From UHGV virus genome UHGV-0045429: a DNA stretch of 19,258 nucleotides; one strand, given 5' to 3'. The position numbers and the translations under genes were made by a program. The notes below the pieces were generated by a model. It made no database searches. It saw only the letters and a list, made by a program, of their open reading frames with translations, and was not told the origin of the DNA. Below, one piece after another: positions 7,841-15,628 of this stretch. The DNA is from a virus. How positions within the stretch are numbered: the stretch's first letter is position 1; each line of letters begins with the position of its first letter.

Positions 7841-8772
7841 GCTCACTAATCAAGTTACTCGATCGCCCAGTGGCGTATCAACCAGCATTTGCACAGCTCA
7901 GGGCGGGAAAAGTGAAATCAGGCCCGTCGGCTGCTGTCCTGCTTTCCCAGTTCGTCTACTGGCATAACCGCATGGGCGGTGAGTGGATGTACAAGACGCG
8001 TGAAGACATAAAAAAAGAGACGGGGTTAAGCCGTGATGAGCAGGAAACAGCGAGAAAAAGACTGGTTGCTCTGGGGGTACTACAGGAAGAACTACGAGGG
8101 GTTCCTGCGACTGTACATTACAAAATTAATACCGGGCGTCTGGAGGTACTTTTGCTGGCTCCAGACCAGGCAGAATCACAGATGGGTGCAACGCCGCCAA
8201 CTAGAAAGCGGCAATCCCGCCAACTGGATGGCGGCAACACACCCAACAAGATGGCGGTAACCCCGCCAACAAGCAGGGGGGAATACCGCCAGCAAGATGG
8301 TGGTGATCCCGCCAACTTTCCTACAGGAGATTACACAGAGAGTACTCAGGAGATCACTCAAAGGGCCGGAGATGAATTTTCTGTGGATAACTTTTCTGAC
8401 GAGGACGTGAAATTTTCAGAGTGGTTCTTTGCTCGGGTCGTCGAGATGCATGAGCGAGCTGCTGAGTTTGACGGAACCATGTCACGCCCCGATGAACCTG
8501 ACTGGACTGAATGGGTGGGCGAGGTTCGCCTGCTGCGGGAAGAGCAGGGGTGCGATCACACGCAGATGCGCCGCATGGTTGAGCGCATTCAGGGGGATCC
8601 GTTCTGGTGCCCAAGGGTAAAAACCGCGCACGCCCTGCGGGACAAGTGGGCTGACCTGGTGGTGAGACTGTGCCCAGTGAGCTTGGCTGATCCGCCGCGA
8701 CAATCCACTTTCGACGATGAATATTACAAAAACGATTCTGAGTCCGCTGCGAAAGCAGGTTTCAGGATCTGA
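7837..8772 (+). CDS. Phage replication initiator (lambda O-like replisome organiser) with origin iterons inside the coding sequence
   Basis: 311-aa ORF, ATGA overlap with the HNH stop; N-terminal winged-helix-like segment (LLSQFVYWHNRMGGEWMYKTREDIKKETGLSRDEQETARKRLVALGVL); tandem DNA repeats in the middle of the gene encode the repetitive linker. Confidence 0.65.
   Translation: MSSLIKLLDRPVAYQPAFAQLRAGKVKSGPSAAVLLSQFVYWHNRMGGEWMYKTREDIKKETGLSRDEQETARKRLVALGVLQEELRGVPATVHYKINTGRLEVLLLAPDQAESQMGATPPTRKRQSRQLDGGNTPNKMAVTPPTSRGEYRQQDGGDPANFPTGDYTESTQEITQRAGDEFSVDNFSDEDVKFSEWFFARVVEMHERAAEFDGTMSRPDEPDWTEWVGEVRLLREEQGCDHTQMRRMVERIQGDPFWCPRVKTAHALRDKWADLVVRLCPVSLADPPRQSTFDDEYYKNDSESAAKAGFRI
8190..8320. 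repeat. Iteron-like direct repeats (putative replication origin)
   Basis: CCCGCCAAC at 8216-8224, 8262-8270 and 8308-8316 (plus CCGCCAAC at 8194-8201), each preceded by GATGG(C/T)GG at 8227, 8250 and 8295; unit about 22-24 bp; CCGCCA/TGGCGG gives internal dyad symmetry. Confidence 0.6.
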
Positions 8773-8800
8773 GAGAACTGAATTTAACCTGGAGAATTTT

Positions 8801-9463
8801 ATGGAAACCATTTTAGACGTACTGAAAGCGATGGAAAAAGCGACTGCCCGTGAAATTGCGGCGCGCATGAAAATTGAGCCGGCGGCGGTGATCGGGATGC
8901 TGCGTGAGCACGAAGAGCGTAATGAGGCTGTTCAGGCTAACGGGTACTGGAAAGTTGCCACCGGGGAAGTTAAATCACAGCCAAAAGCGATCAGTTCTTT
9001 CAGCAAAGCGCCGGTAAGTGTATCAGTCAGCGACGTCATCGCATTACTGGCGGAACATGGGCCACAGACATCCCTTGAGCTGGCAACACTGGCAGGTATT
9101 GAGTCAAAACGTGTGGCGCCAATGCTGACTCACCACATGACAAAAGGGCGGATCATCCGCGAAAAAGTAGGCAGCAAGTTTGTTTATTCGGTGCCGGCCA
9201 CTGCGTCAGTGAAAAACAAAAGCTCTGCACCACGGGAACCGGAAACATCAACACCACTGGTACCAGAAAAATCTGTCACTGAAATTGTTGAGGAAATCCC
9301 CGCTTTCGTCAGCCGTCCTGATGATCTGCTGATCCCAACGGTACGCGGTATCTCAAGTGAAATTCGGCGCACAAAAGCGAAGCTGGCTAACCTGGAAAAA
9401 CTTCGTGAAGCCGTTCGCAGCATTCGCAAACACGGCGCGCTGATGCAGGAGCTGGCGCAATGA
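8801..9463 (+). CDS. Hypothetical protein with two tandem winged-helix-like segments
   Basis: Start taken at METILDVLKAMEK (GGAG RBS); two similar blocks (ILDVLKAMEKATAREIAARMKIEPAAVIGML... and VIALLAEHGPQTSLELATLAGIESKRVAPML...). No Walker motif, so not a DnaC/P-type helicase loader. Confidence 0.6.
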   Translation: METILDVLKAMEKATAREIAARMKIEPAAVIGMLREHEERNEAVQANGYWKVATGEVKSQPKAISSFSKAPVSVSVSDVIALLAEHGPQTSLELATLAGIESKRVAPMLTHHMTKGRIIREKVGSKFVYSVPATASVKNKSSAPREPETSTPLVPEKSVTEIVEEIPAFVSRPDDLLIPTVRGISSEIRRTKAKLANLEKLREAVRSIRKHGALMQELAQ

Positions 9464-9684
9464 AACAGTCTGAGTTACCGCGCTGTCCGGCCTGCGGAAA
9501 TATGCCCGAATACGCGCTAAAGCCAAACCATATGGGATGGGTATGGGGTGGATTGAAATGTCCGTATGACCATTACCGCGTGAATTTGGATGGTCCAGCC
9601 GGTAGCCGCGTGCAGGCAGAAAAAAAGCTGGCGCCACAGTGGATTGAACTGGTCGAGAAAGCTAATCAGGAGAAATCAGCGTGA
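9460..9684 (+). CDS. Small zinc-ribbon protein, possibly Lar-type restriction alleviation family
   Basis: 74-aa ORF; AGGAG RBS; LPRCPACGN...GLKCPYDHY (C-x2-C ... C-x3-H) pattern. Family call is tentative. Confidence 0.5.
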   Translation: MKQSELPRCPACGNMPEYALKPNHMGWVWGGLKCPYDHYRVNLDGPAGSRVQAEKKLAPQWIELVEKANQEKSA

Positions 9685-10043
9685 AACCAACCTACGAAGA
9701 ACTGACAGTACAGCTCGCTAACGCCGAGAGCAAGTGCAGGGAGCTGGTGGTGGAATGTTCGACAATCAAAGCCATGAGCGATTGCCTGTCTGAAGAGCTG
9801 CGTGGTTATGAATCTGATGGGGCGTTTGAAGGACCGAAGATGCATCTACTGTGGTGGAAAGCAGAAACTCCCGCGACCGACGCTTTCCTGGCTGAAGTGC
9901 GGGCGCAGGTCCACAAGGAAGGTGCTCACTTTGTAGCAAATAGAATGCTGGCCGCCACTCTTTTTGTTTTCGTTATCCTCAATGCACCCGCATGTAACCC
10001 GCTTCGGCGGGTTAGCTTCTTCTATCTGAGATTTTGTTGCTAA
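9681..10043 (+). CDS. Hypothetical protein (N-terminal coiled-coil-like, hydrophobic C-terminus)
   Basis: GTG start with AGGAG 9 nt upstream, overlapping the previous stop. The C-terminal ~15 codons read through hairpin 9996-10013, so the 3' end may be a fusion artefact. Confidence 0.45.
   Translation: MKPTYEELTVQLANAESKCRELVVECSTIKAMSDCLSEELRGYESDGAFEGPKMHLLWWKAETPATDAFLAEVRAQVHKEGAHFVANRMLAATLFVFVILNAPACNPLRRVSFFYLRFCC
9996..10013 (+). terminator. Hairpin AACCCGC-TTCG-GCGGGTT (copy a of a repeated terminator-type stem-loop); weak U-tract
   Basis: Perfect 7-bp stem with tetraloop; identical 18-mer recurs at 17742-17759. Confidence 0.4.
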
Positions 10044-10205
10044 ACGCAGTCTTACCGTTCTATCTGCAGGCATTGAGTAACTAAGTTCAAATGTTACATT
10101 GATCACGTTTTTTAACGTCTCAAAACCTCATTGGTATTGAGTTCCTTTGTGGTAATGATTTTGTTGGATAAAATAGCCAATATCTCAAGGAGTAGGTAAC
10201 CACTA

Positions 10206-10559
10206 ATGATCAATGATGTTAAAAATGCAAAAATTGAAGAATATTTCACCGTTCTAAAAGAAAAGAGCAGACCTCCAAGCAAAGGTGGGAACACAAAGGC
10301 TCTGCATGCCCACTACATTAAAATTGATGGAATGTTATACAGTTTTCTCGCGTTCGGTTCTAAGCAATGGATTTTCAAAACCGACCGAGTATCATTTAAG
10401 TTCGAAATGAACGGCGAATACAGGAATATTCTCCGGGAATCCATTAGCACTATTGATAGCAATGGGGAAGTAGTAATCAGAGGGTTGCGTGGTTTTAGCA
10501 AGAAGATAAGGACTGCTGATACGCGTTTACCAGCATCCAGAAGGGAATGCAGGGATTGA
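10206..10559 (+). CDS. Hypothetical protein (117 aa) in AT-rich cargo cassette
   Basis: ATG at 10206 with AAGGAG upstream; AT-rich codon usage unlike the flanking phage core (by eye); no family recognised. Confidence 0.6.
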   Translation: MINDVKNAKIEEYFTVLKEKSRPPSKGGNTKALHAHYIKIDGMLYSFLAFGSKQWIFKTDRVSFKFEMNGEYRNILRESISTIDSNGEVVIRGLRGFSKKIRTADTRLPASRRECRD

Positions 10560-10712
10560 ATATGTAATTTGTGTCGAATTTGCAATCATTAGCTAGCAAA
10601 TTGAATAAGTAACATAATAATTTTCATGAATAATATGAATAAAAAACCAGGATGACATACTAGGTGTTTCCGGTATCTTATCTATATATTATTTACGTTC
10701 AAGTGACTTTAA

Positions 10713-10874
10713 ATGACTGGCCAGCAACTTACTGAGCTCGAAATCGCTTATGGTGGGGAAGCTTACTCAGATAATGAAATTGATGCGAAAACAGTAGCTA
10801 AATCACTAAAGGATGTTGAACATTCAATGTCAGTGCATTCAAACGCCCTTCAAAGCGACGCTGATAAGTCTTAA
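10713..10874 (+). CDS. Small acidic ORF (53 aa) below the ORF-track threshold
   Basis: ATG 10713 to TAA 10872-10874 (MTGQQLTELEIAYGGEAYSDNEIDAKTVAKSLKDVEHSMSVHSNALQSDADKS), ending directly before terminator b; weak RBS. Confidence 0.3.
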   Translation: MTGQQLTELEIAYGGEAYSDNEIDAKTVAKSLKDVEHSMSVHSNALQSDADKS

Positions 10875-10889
10875 AGTTCGTGTACTGCT

Positions 10890-10912
10890 AACCCGCTACG
10901 GCGGGTTTTTTT
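10890..10912 (+). terminator. Rho-independent terminator (copy b): AACCCGC-TACG-GCGGGTT plus T7
   Basis: Perfect 7-bp GC-rich stem, tetraloop, run of seven T. Confidence 0.75.
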
Positions 10913-10968
10913 ATGCCCCTTACCAATAAATAATTAACCTGAATTATTGTAAATTATTGAGGTTTGTT

Positions 10969-11607
10969 ATGGGTGGCATTTTCGATGAATCATGGTCTGA
11001 GCAATTTACTCAACGCGTTGAGGCTTTGCGTAAACTGGATGATCAGTCCGTTACTCAACCGCTTTTCAGAGAAAAAGCGGATCTGATTTTTACTCAAATG
11101 GCTGACCGTGTTCGTTCGCGTACGCGACAGCAGCTCGGAGAAATCGACGTTAGCGGGATAACATTTGATTACGCAATCCGCTATTACGTTAATCACGACA
11201 CTGGTGATCCGGTTCTGGATCACCTTGTGTCCAGGGTAGGGCCATTCTGTGACCAGATGAAGATCAGCACGGAGGCGTACGGCACAGCGGCGTTCTGCTG
11301 CGCGCTCATGATGTTGAAAGGCGAGTTGCGTATAGCGTATGCATTTTTCAGCATGCTGATGCGCCCGCTCGTTTCTGCGTACAGGTATAACACCGACGCG
11401 AAACGACGTGGCTCTGCTGGTGGGCGCCCGACAAATCCACTTAAAAACGAGGCACTGGAACTGGCGCGGGTATTTACAAAATCCTATCCTGATTCAACGA
11501 TGGTGGCTGTTGTTAACGCCGTCATTTCTGACCTTGAATCTCACTACGTTGGCACTCCGTCAGCACGCACAATAAAGCGCTGGATTCAGCAGGACCGGAA
11601 AAAATAA
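10969..11607 (+). CDS. Hypothetical protein with C-terminal resolvase-type HTH-like segment (putative DNA-binding regulator)
   Basis: ATG 10969 (GAGG RBS; the track start at 10957 is a TTG). C-terminal GGRPTNPLKNEALELARVF...TPSARTIKRWIQQ resembles the GRP-led HTH of serine recombinases, but no recombinase catalytic domain is present. Confidence 0.55.
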   Translation: MGGIFDESWSEQFTQRVEALRKLDDQSVTQPLFREKADLIFTQMADRVRSRTRQQLGEIDVSGITFDYAIRYYVNHDTGDPVLDHLVSRVGPFCDQMKISTEAYGTAAFCCALMMLKGELRIAYAFFSMLMRPLVSAYRYNTDAKRRGSAGGRPTNPLKNEALELARVFTKSYPDSTMVAVVNAVISDLESHYVGTPSARTIKRWIQQDRKK

Positions 11608-11614
11608 CCCCTCC

Positions 11615-11660
11615 GGACAAAACCTTCTTTTGTCGGCATAACCTGGTTTTGTCCGTTTTA
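11615..11660 (+). terminator. Terminator-like hairpin: GGACAAAACC ... GGTTTTGTCC followed by GTTTTATC
   Basis: 10-bp perfect inverted repeat (11615-11624 / 11645-11654) downstream of the 212-aa ORF. Confidence 0.5.
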
Positions 11661-11700
11661 TCATCAAAAAAAATACGTAGAATCCGTCTCACACTTTTTG

Positions 11701-11745
11701 TTGAGACATCTCCCGGATGAGGTGATACTGTTTATATATACAGTA
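11701..11745 (+). promoter_or_regulatory. SOS-regulated promoter: near-consensus LexA box TACTGTTTATATATACAGTA overlapping the -10 element
   Basis: CTG-N10-CAG at 11728-11743; 19/20 match to the E. coli LexA consensus TACTGTATATATATACAGTA; TTGAGA (-35, 11701-11706) and GATACT (-10, 11724-11729) with 17-bp spacing. Confidence 0.65.
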
Positions 11746-11773
11746 TTTGGTCTCTGAATTATCGGGAGATAAT

Positions 11774-11974
11774 ATGCAAATAACTAATGAATTAGTGCCT
11801 GGTGCCTCGGCCCACACAGGACCAGTTTTAATTCAACTGGTGGCGGGTGAAGTGCAAGGTGGCTTTATTTTAAGAGATGATGAATTTGTCACATCTATCT
11901 CCACACTAAATGAAACAAGAATTATGGCCGGATTAGACCCCGCGCCTTTTACCCGATCCCTAACTGATTTATAA
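11774..11974 (+). CDS. Small protein (66 aa) under the LexA box; candidate SOS-induced antirepressor
   Basis: ATG 11774 with GGGAGA RBS, 28 nt downstream of the LexA box; MQITNELVPGASAHTGPVLIQLVAGEVQGGF... No family recognised; function inferred from context only. Confidence 0.5.
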   Translation: MQITNELVPGASAHTGPVLIQLVAGEVQGGFILRDDEFVTSISTLNETRIMAGLDPAPFTRSLTDL

Positions 11975-12036
11975 TAATCACTCGCGAGCGTGAACAACTC
12001 GCAGCTGAGTAACACTGCGCCAACCGGAAATAAACG

Positions 12037-12351
12037 ATGGCGCGTAAAAAATCGTATATAACCAAAGCCGAGCAACAGCACCTCGATCGCGTAGCGTCGT
12101 TGGGTTGTTGTGTCTGCAAAAATCTTGGTTACCCCGACTCTCCAGCGGGGATTCATCATATCCGAACCGGGCAGGGTGCAAGCCAGCGCTCCAGCCATTT
12201 CGAAACTCTGCCGTTATGCGCTGCCCACCACCAGACGGGTGGCTATGGCATTGCTTATCACGCTGGCCCTGAGATATGGGCGAAAAAATACGGCACCGAA
12301 ACTGAGCTATTAATTCAGGTTACGTCAGATTTAAACGGGGACTGGTCATGA
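12037..12351 (+). CDS. YbcO-like nin-region protein (putative nuclease, Cys/His-rich)
   Basis: 104-aa ORF directly upstream of and overlapping rusA, as ybcO-rusA in DLP12; CCVCKN...HHIR...PLCAAHH metal-binding-like pattern. Confidence 0.6.
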   Translation: MARKKSYITKAEQQHLDRVASLGCCVCKNLGYPDSPAGIHHIRTGQGASQRSSHFETLPLCAAHHQTGGYGIAYHAGPEIWAKKYGTETELLIQVTSDLNGDWS

Positions 12352-12707
12352 CCCGTTACCCCGTAACTCCAATCGGCAAACCCCGAATGACAAGAGCCGA
12401 CAAATGGAAGCAGCGCCCGCCGGTGCTCCGTTATCGTGTTTTCTGCGACGAGGTGCGCCTGCATGAAATCGTTCTGCCTGAAAGCGGCGCCCACGTTATT
12501 TTTGTTCTGCCAATGCCAGCGAGCTGGAGCCAGAAAAAACGCGCCAGCATGAACGGACAGCCTCACCAGCAAAAACCGGATATAGACAACCTCACCAAAT
12601 CCCTCATGGATGCCATTTACGACGACGACGCCCACATTTGGGACGTCCGTGCATCAAAAATCTGGGGTGATGAAGGCGCGATTATTATTCAGGAGGGCAA
12701 GGCGTGA
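12348..12707 (+). CDS. rusA: RusA-family Holliday junction resolvase
   Basis: 119-aa ORF; ...KPDIDNLTKSLMDAIYDDDAHIWD... matches the RusA acidic catalytic region as I recall it. Confidence 0.8.
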   Translation: MTRYPVTPIGKPRMTRADKWKQRPPVLRYRVFCDEVRLHEIVLPESGAHVIFVLPMPASWSQKKRASMNGQPHQQKPDIDNLTKSLMDAIYDDDAHIWDVRASKIWGDEGAIIIQEGKA

Positions 12708-14245
12708 TGCCCTTAACATACGGATCCGTATGCAGCGGAATTGAGGCAGCGAGTGTGGCGTGGGAGGTATTGGGCTGGCGGCCGTCATGGTTTTCTCAGT
12801 TCGATCCGGAACACAATTACAAAAACGGTCCTGATTTCCCGTCTGCGGTGCTGGCGCATCACTGGCCGCACGTAAAAAACCTTGGCGATATGACAAAAAT
12901 CGCCGCAGCAATCCGGCTCGGAGAAATTGAAGCGCCCGACGTTCTGGTAGGTGGTACTCCCTGCCAGGCATTCAGCATTGCTGGACTGCGTAATGGCCTG
13001 ACGGATTCACGCGGCCAACTAACCCTCGCTTTTGTAGAACTGGTAAACGCAATTGATGAAAAACGAAGAGAACAGGGAAAACCACCCGTCATTGTCGTCT
13101 GGGAAAATGTCCCCGGAGTATTCAGCAGCAGAGATAACGCTTTCGGATGTTTTCTTGCAGGGCTTGCCGGCGAAAGCCGTGAACTGGAATCACCAGGGCG
13201 AAAATGGACAAACGCTGGTTATGTGCTGGGACCAGAAAGGGCTGTCTGCTGGCGAGTGCTCGACGCTCAATTTTTCGGAGTGGCCCAACGACGCCGCCGT
13301 GTGTTTGTTATCGCAAGCGCTAGAGGGGATATCGATCCCGCAAAAATACTTTTTGAGTCCGAAGGCATGCGCCGGGATACTCCGCCGCGCAGAGAAACGG
13401 GGGAGATCGTTGCCGCCCTTATTGCAAACGGCGTTGGAGTGTGTGGCGCAGACGATAATCAGGGGCAGGCAGGGCACCTGATTGCCATGGCGCACGGACA
13501 GGCAGGGGCAGAAATTAAAACGGATGATTCCGCGCCTACGCTTACCTGTAACCATGAAGCGCCTATTGTTTTTAGCTGTAATGGACACGCATCGTTTACG
13601 CCGGGAGTCAGTGCTCTGCGAACTAAATCAGGCGCAGACCATGAAACGCTGGCTGTTCATGGTACGCAAGATCCCGACACTTTAAAGAACCTGGCACATA
13701 CGCTGGGTCGAAACCATGGGCAAGAGAATGCCGTTGCCTACTGTCTCCAGCATGCACAAATTAACCGGGCAGATAACGCTGGCCCACAGGGTAAAGGATG
13801 GCAAGAAGAATGCAGATTCACTCTGGATTCTCGTTCTTGTGCTGATGCAGTCGCTTATGCCTTCAAGGCCGGGCAGGGCGCAAAAGCGGGTGGCATTGGC
13901 TGGGCAGAGGAACAATCCCCGACACTGACGGCCGCCAGCAGTGGATCGAATTTATCCCCTTCAGTGGTGAAAAATATGGCCGTTCGCCGCCTTACTCCTG
14001 TCGAATGTGAACGCCTGCAGGGCTTCCCCGATAACCACACTTTAATCCCCCGTGATAAGCGTAAGCAGATTACTGCTGATGAGTACGCATACGCGCGCCA
14101 CCACAACCCAAAAATAACCGCAGAGGAAGCCTACAGGCTGGCGAAGGATGGTCCGCGCTATAAGGCCATTGGTAACAGCATGGCCGTACCGGTTATGCGC
14201 TGGATAGGAAGGCGAATCTCTAACGCTCTGGAGCAGACAATATGA
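12707..14245 (+). CDS. Orphan DNA (cytosine-5) methyltransferase
   Basis: Motif I-like YGSVCSGIEAA, motif IV GGTPCQAFSIAG, motif VI VVWENVPG, QRRRRVF, C-terminal RRLTPVECERLQGFPDNHT and GNSMAVPV; large variable region between. AGGAGGG RBS; start overlaps the rusA stop. No adjacent restriction endonuclease ORF. Confidence 0.9.
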   Translation: MPLTYGSVCSGIEAASVAWEVLGWRPSWFSQFDPEHNYKNGPDFPSAVLAHHWPHVKNLGDMTKIAAAIRLGEIEAPDVLVGGTPCQAFSIAGLRNGLTDSRGQLTLAFVELVNAIDEKRREQGKPPVIVVWENVPGVFSSRDNAFGCFLAGLAGESRELESPGRKWTNAGYVLGPERAVCWRVLDAQFFGVAQRRRRVFVIASARGDIDPAKILFESEGMRRDTPPRRETGEIVAALIANGVGVCGADDNQGQAGHLIAMAHGQAGAEIKTDDSAPTLTCNHEAPIVFSCNGHASFTPGVSALRTKSGADHETLAVHGTQDPDTLKNLAHTLGRNHGQENAVAYCLQHAQINRADNAGPQGKGWQEECRFTLDSRSCADAVAYAFKAGQGAKAGGIGWAEEQSPTLTAASSGSNLSPSVVKNMAVRRLTPVECERLQGFPDNHTLIPRDKRKQITADEYAYARHHNPKITAEEAYRLAKDGPRYKAIGNSMAVPVMRWIGRRISNALEQTI

Positions 14246-14877
14246 TGACCCCACGACAAAAACGAGCTCACAAATCAGCACTGGAACATGCGGCAGCCGC
14301 ACCGAATAAGCGCTGGCTGGGGAAATCAATACTGCTCACCGGTATTCAGTCAGCCTGGATCAAATCGCTACTCTGTGTTTGGGGTGAAAGTATTCGCGGT
14401 GGAATGGCACCAGGAACGCCGAAAGGCCACGCGTGCTGGCGGTCGCTAAAGGGTATGCGCTGGTCCGATAAATCGCTCGAGCGTTTTACAGAGGCACTGA
14501 CTCAGGCGAGAGGTGAGGGATTTAAAGGCGAGCTGGCGTTAAAACGTGCACACGCGATTCTCTGGCCCACAAAACCGGTTAGCGTTATCGACGAGGCTAT
14601 AACGGACGATGATGCAGATTTTATGGAAGCGTGCGTGCTGGAGGCGTTTGAAACAACGGATCCGGTTTACGTTATTGGGGTGAGCTACTACACGACGAGG
14701 AAAAAAATCTCGGACCTGACCCGGGATATTCAGCAGATAGCCCCCAGGCTGACTCCGGATGAGGCAAGAAAGCGCGTGCGCTGGTGTGTTGAAATATTCG
14801 GGGCGCGCGTGTATCTGGAGGCACGCCGTCAGTTACACGCTGATTTACAGAAATCAGAATCTGGCGGGAAAATATGA
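14242..14877 (+). CDS. Putative late-gene antiterminator (Q-like); assignment from position and size
   Basis: 211-aa ORF overlapping the MTase stop; GGAG RBS; sits where Q lies in lambdoid genomes (after the nin/rusA block). Family membership not confirmed by any motif. Confidence 0.45.
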   Translation: MMTPRQKRAHKSALEHAAAAPNKRWLGKSILLTGIQSAWIKSLLCVWGESIRGGMAPGTPKGHACWRSLKGMRWSDKSLERFTEALTQARGEGFKGELALKRAHAILWPTKPVSVIDEAITDDDADFMEACVLEAFETTDPVYVIGVSYYTTRKKISDLTRDIQQIAPRLTPDEARKRVRWCVEIFGARVYLEARRQLHADLQKSESGGKI

Positions 14878-15037
14878 TTTTTGAAATAGAAAATAAGCCG
14901 AATTAATTCAATAAAAATATATAATTACAAATGCCAACATGATTGCATTTGTGTTGGTTATAGTAATTGATTTGTTATATGAAAATGAAATGCTTATAAC
15001 AATCCGCGAAGAATAAAATTAATATATCGAGGACATA

Positions 15038-15334
15038 ATGAAAGAACTATCAGCAAAAGATTTACTACATAAATATTCAAGCCCGCTTGATTCAGTAAGC
15101 CTATTTAACGCAATGCATCTCGCTGGTTTAATTGAAGTAAAGGAATATATTTCCTCGACAGGAAGTGGTGAGATTAAGACCTATCGATCGCTAACTGAGA
15201 GCGGTTTGAAGTATGGGATCAATAAAAGATCTAGTTATAGTGATGCAACTGACTTAAAGTTTTTTCCTTCAAACTTCCATGAATTGTTGGTATTGGTATC
15301 AAAGGAGATTTTGAAGCATTCAGAGATGCTTTAA
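15038..15334 (+). CDS. Hypothetical protein (98 aa) in AT-rich cargo
   Basis: ATG 15038 with GAGGA RBS; preceded by a 160-bp AT-rich promoter-like region directly after the Q-like gene. Confidence 0.5.
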   Translation: MKELSAKDLLHKYSSPLDSVSLFNAMHLAGLIEVKEYISSTGSGEIKTYRSLTESGLKYGINKRSSYSDATDLKFFPSNFHELLVLVSKEILKHSEML

Positions 15335-15415
15335 GGTTTTGATTGAAATCGATGTAGTGGAAAAGAAAACCTCGGCCTGGCAACCGGGGTTCTATAGCGC
15401 GCAAACTTTACCTTT

Positions 15416-15628
15416 TTAGCGTGATTTTTTTCGTTTGAAAAACTCGTAAATTTCGATGCCAACAATAGCGATGGCGTAAAAAGGCCAAAGAAAAGAGGTT
15501 CTAACCGTATCCAGCAGGTCAAATTCCATATCGAGTATTCGATCCGCATGAACCAACAGTGCGAACATCACGATAAATCCCGCGACGTTTAAGGCTAGGT
15601 AAAGATAGAGACTCATGGCTAAATCCAT
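15416..15628 (-). CDS. Small hydrophobic (membrane) protein, convergent with the 98-aa ORF
   Basis: 70-aa ORF; two predicted hydrophobic helices (LYLYLALNVAGFIVMFALLV and FLWPFYAIAIVGIEI) and basic C-terminus KRKKSR; weak RBS. Confidence 0.45.
   Translation of the reverse strand: MDLAMSLYLYLALNVAGFIVMFALLVHADRILDMEFDLLDTVRTSFLWPFYAIAIVGIEIYEFFKRKKSR

Noticed and set aside
8033-8868. Plus- and minus-strand ORFs over the O-like gene (8033-8260, 8118-8315, 8176-8361, 8354-8614, 8429-8620, 8482-8868), two with repeated LVGGVA-type peptides
   Set aside because: The repeated peptide motifs are the mirror image of the iteron DNA repeats, not evidence of coding; all overlap the O-like CDS.
9184-9637. 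Minus-strand ORFs (81 aa and 94 aa) over the winged-helix and zinc-ribbon genes
   Set aside because: Antisense to tightly coupled plus-strand genes with good RBSs.
11833-12313. Minus-strand ORFs (121 aa and 67 aa) and a plus-strand 67-aa ORF overlapping the SOS-regulated ORF and the YbcO-like gene
   Set aside because: No RBS; run through the terminator/promoter region; the plus-strand partners fit the operon logic.
12315-14329. Multiple ORFs antisense to or out of frame with RusA and the C5 methyltransferase
   Set aside because: The MTase and RusA carry unmistakable catalytic motifs in their annotated frames; the overlapping ORFs are composition artefacts.
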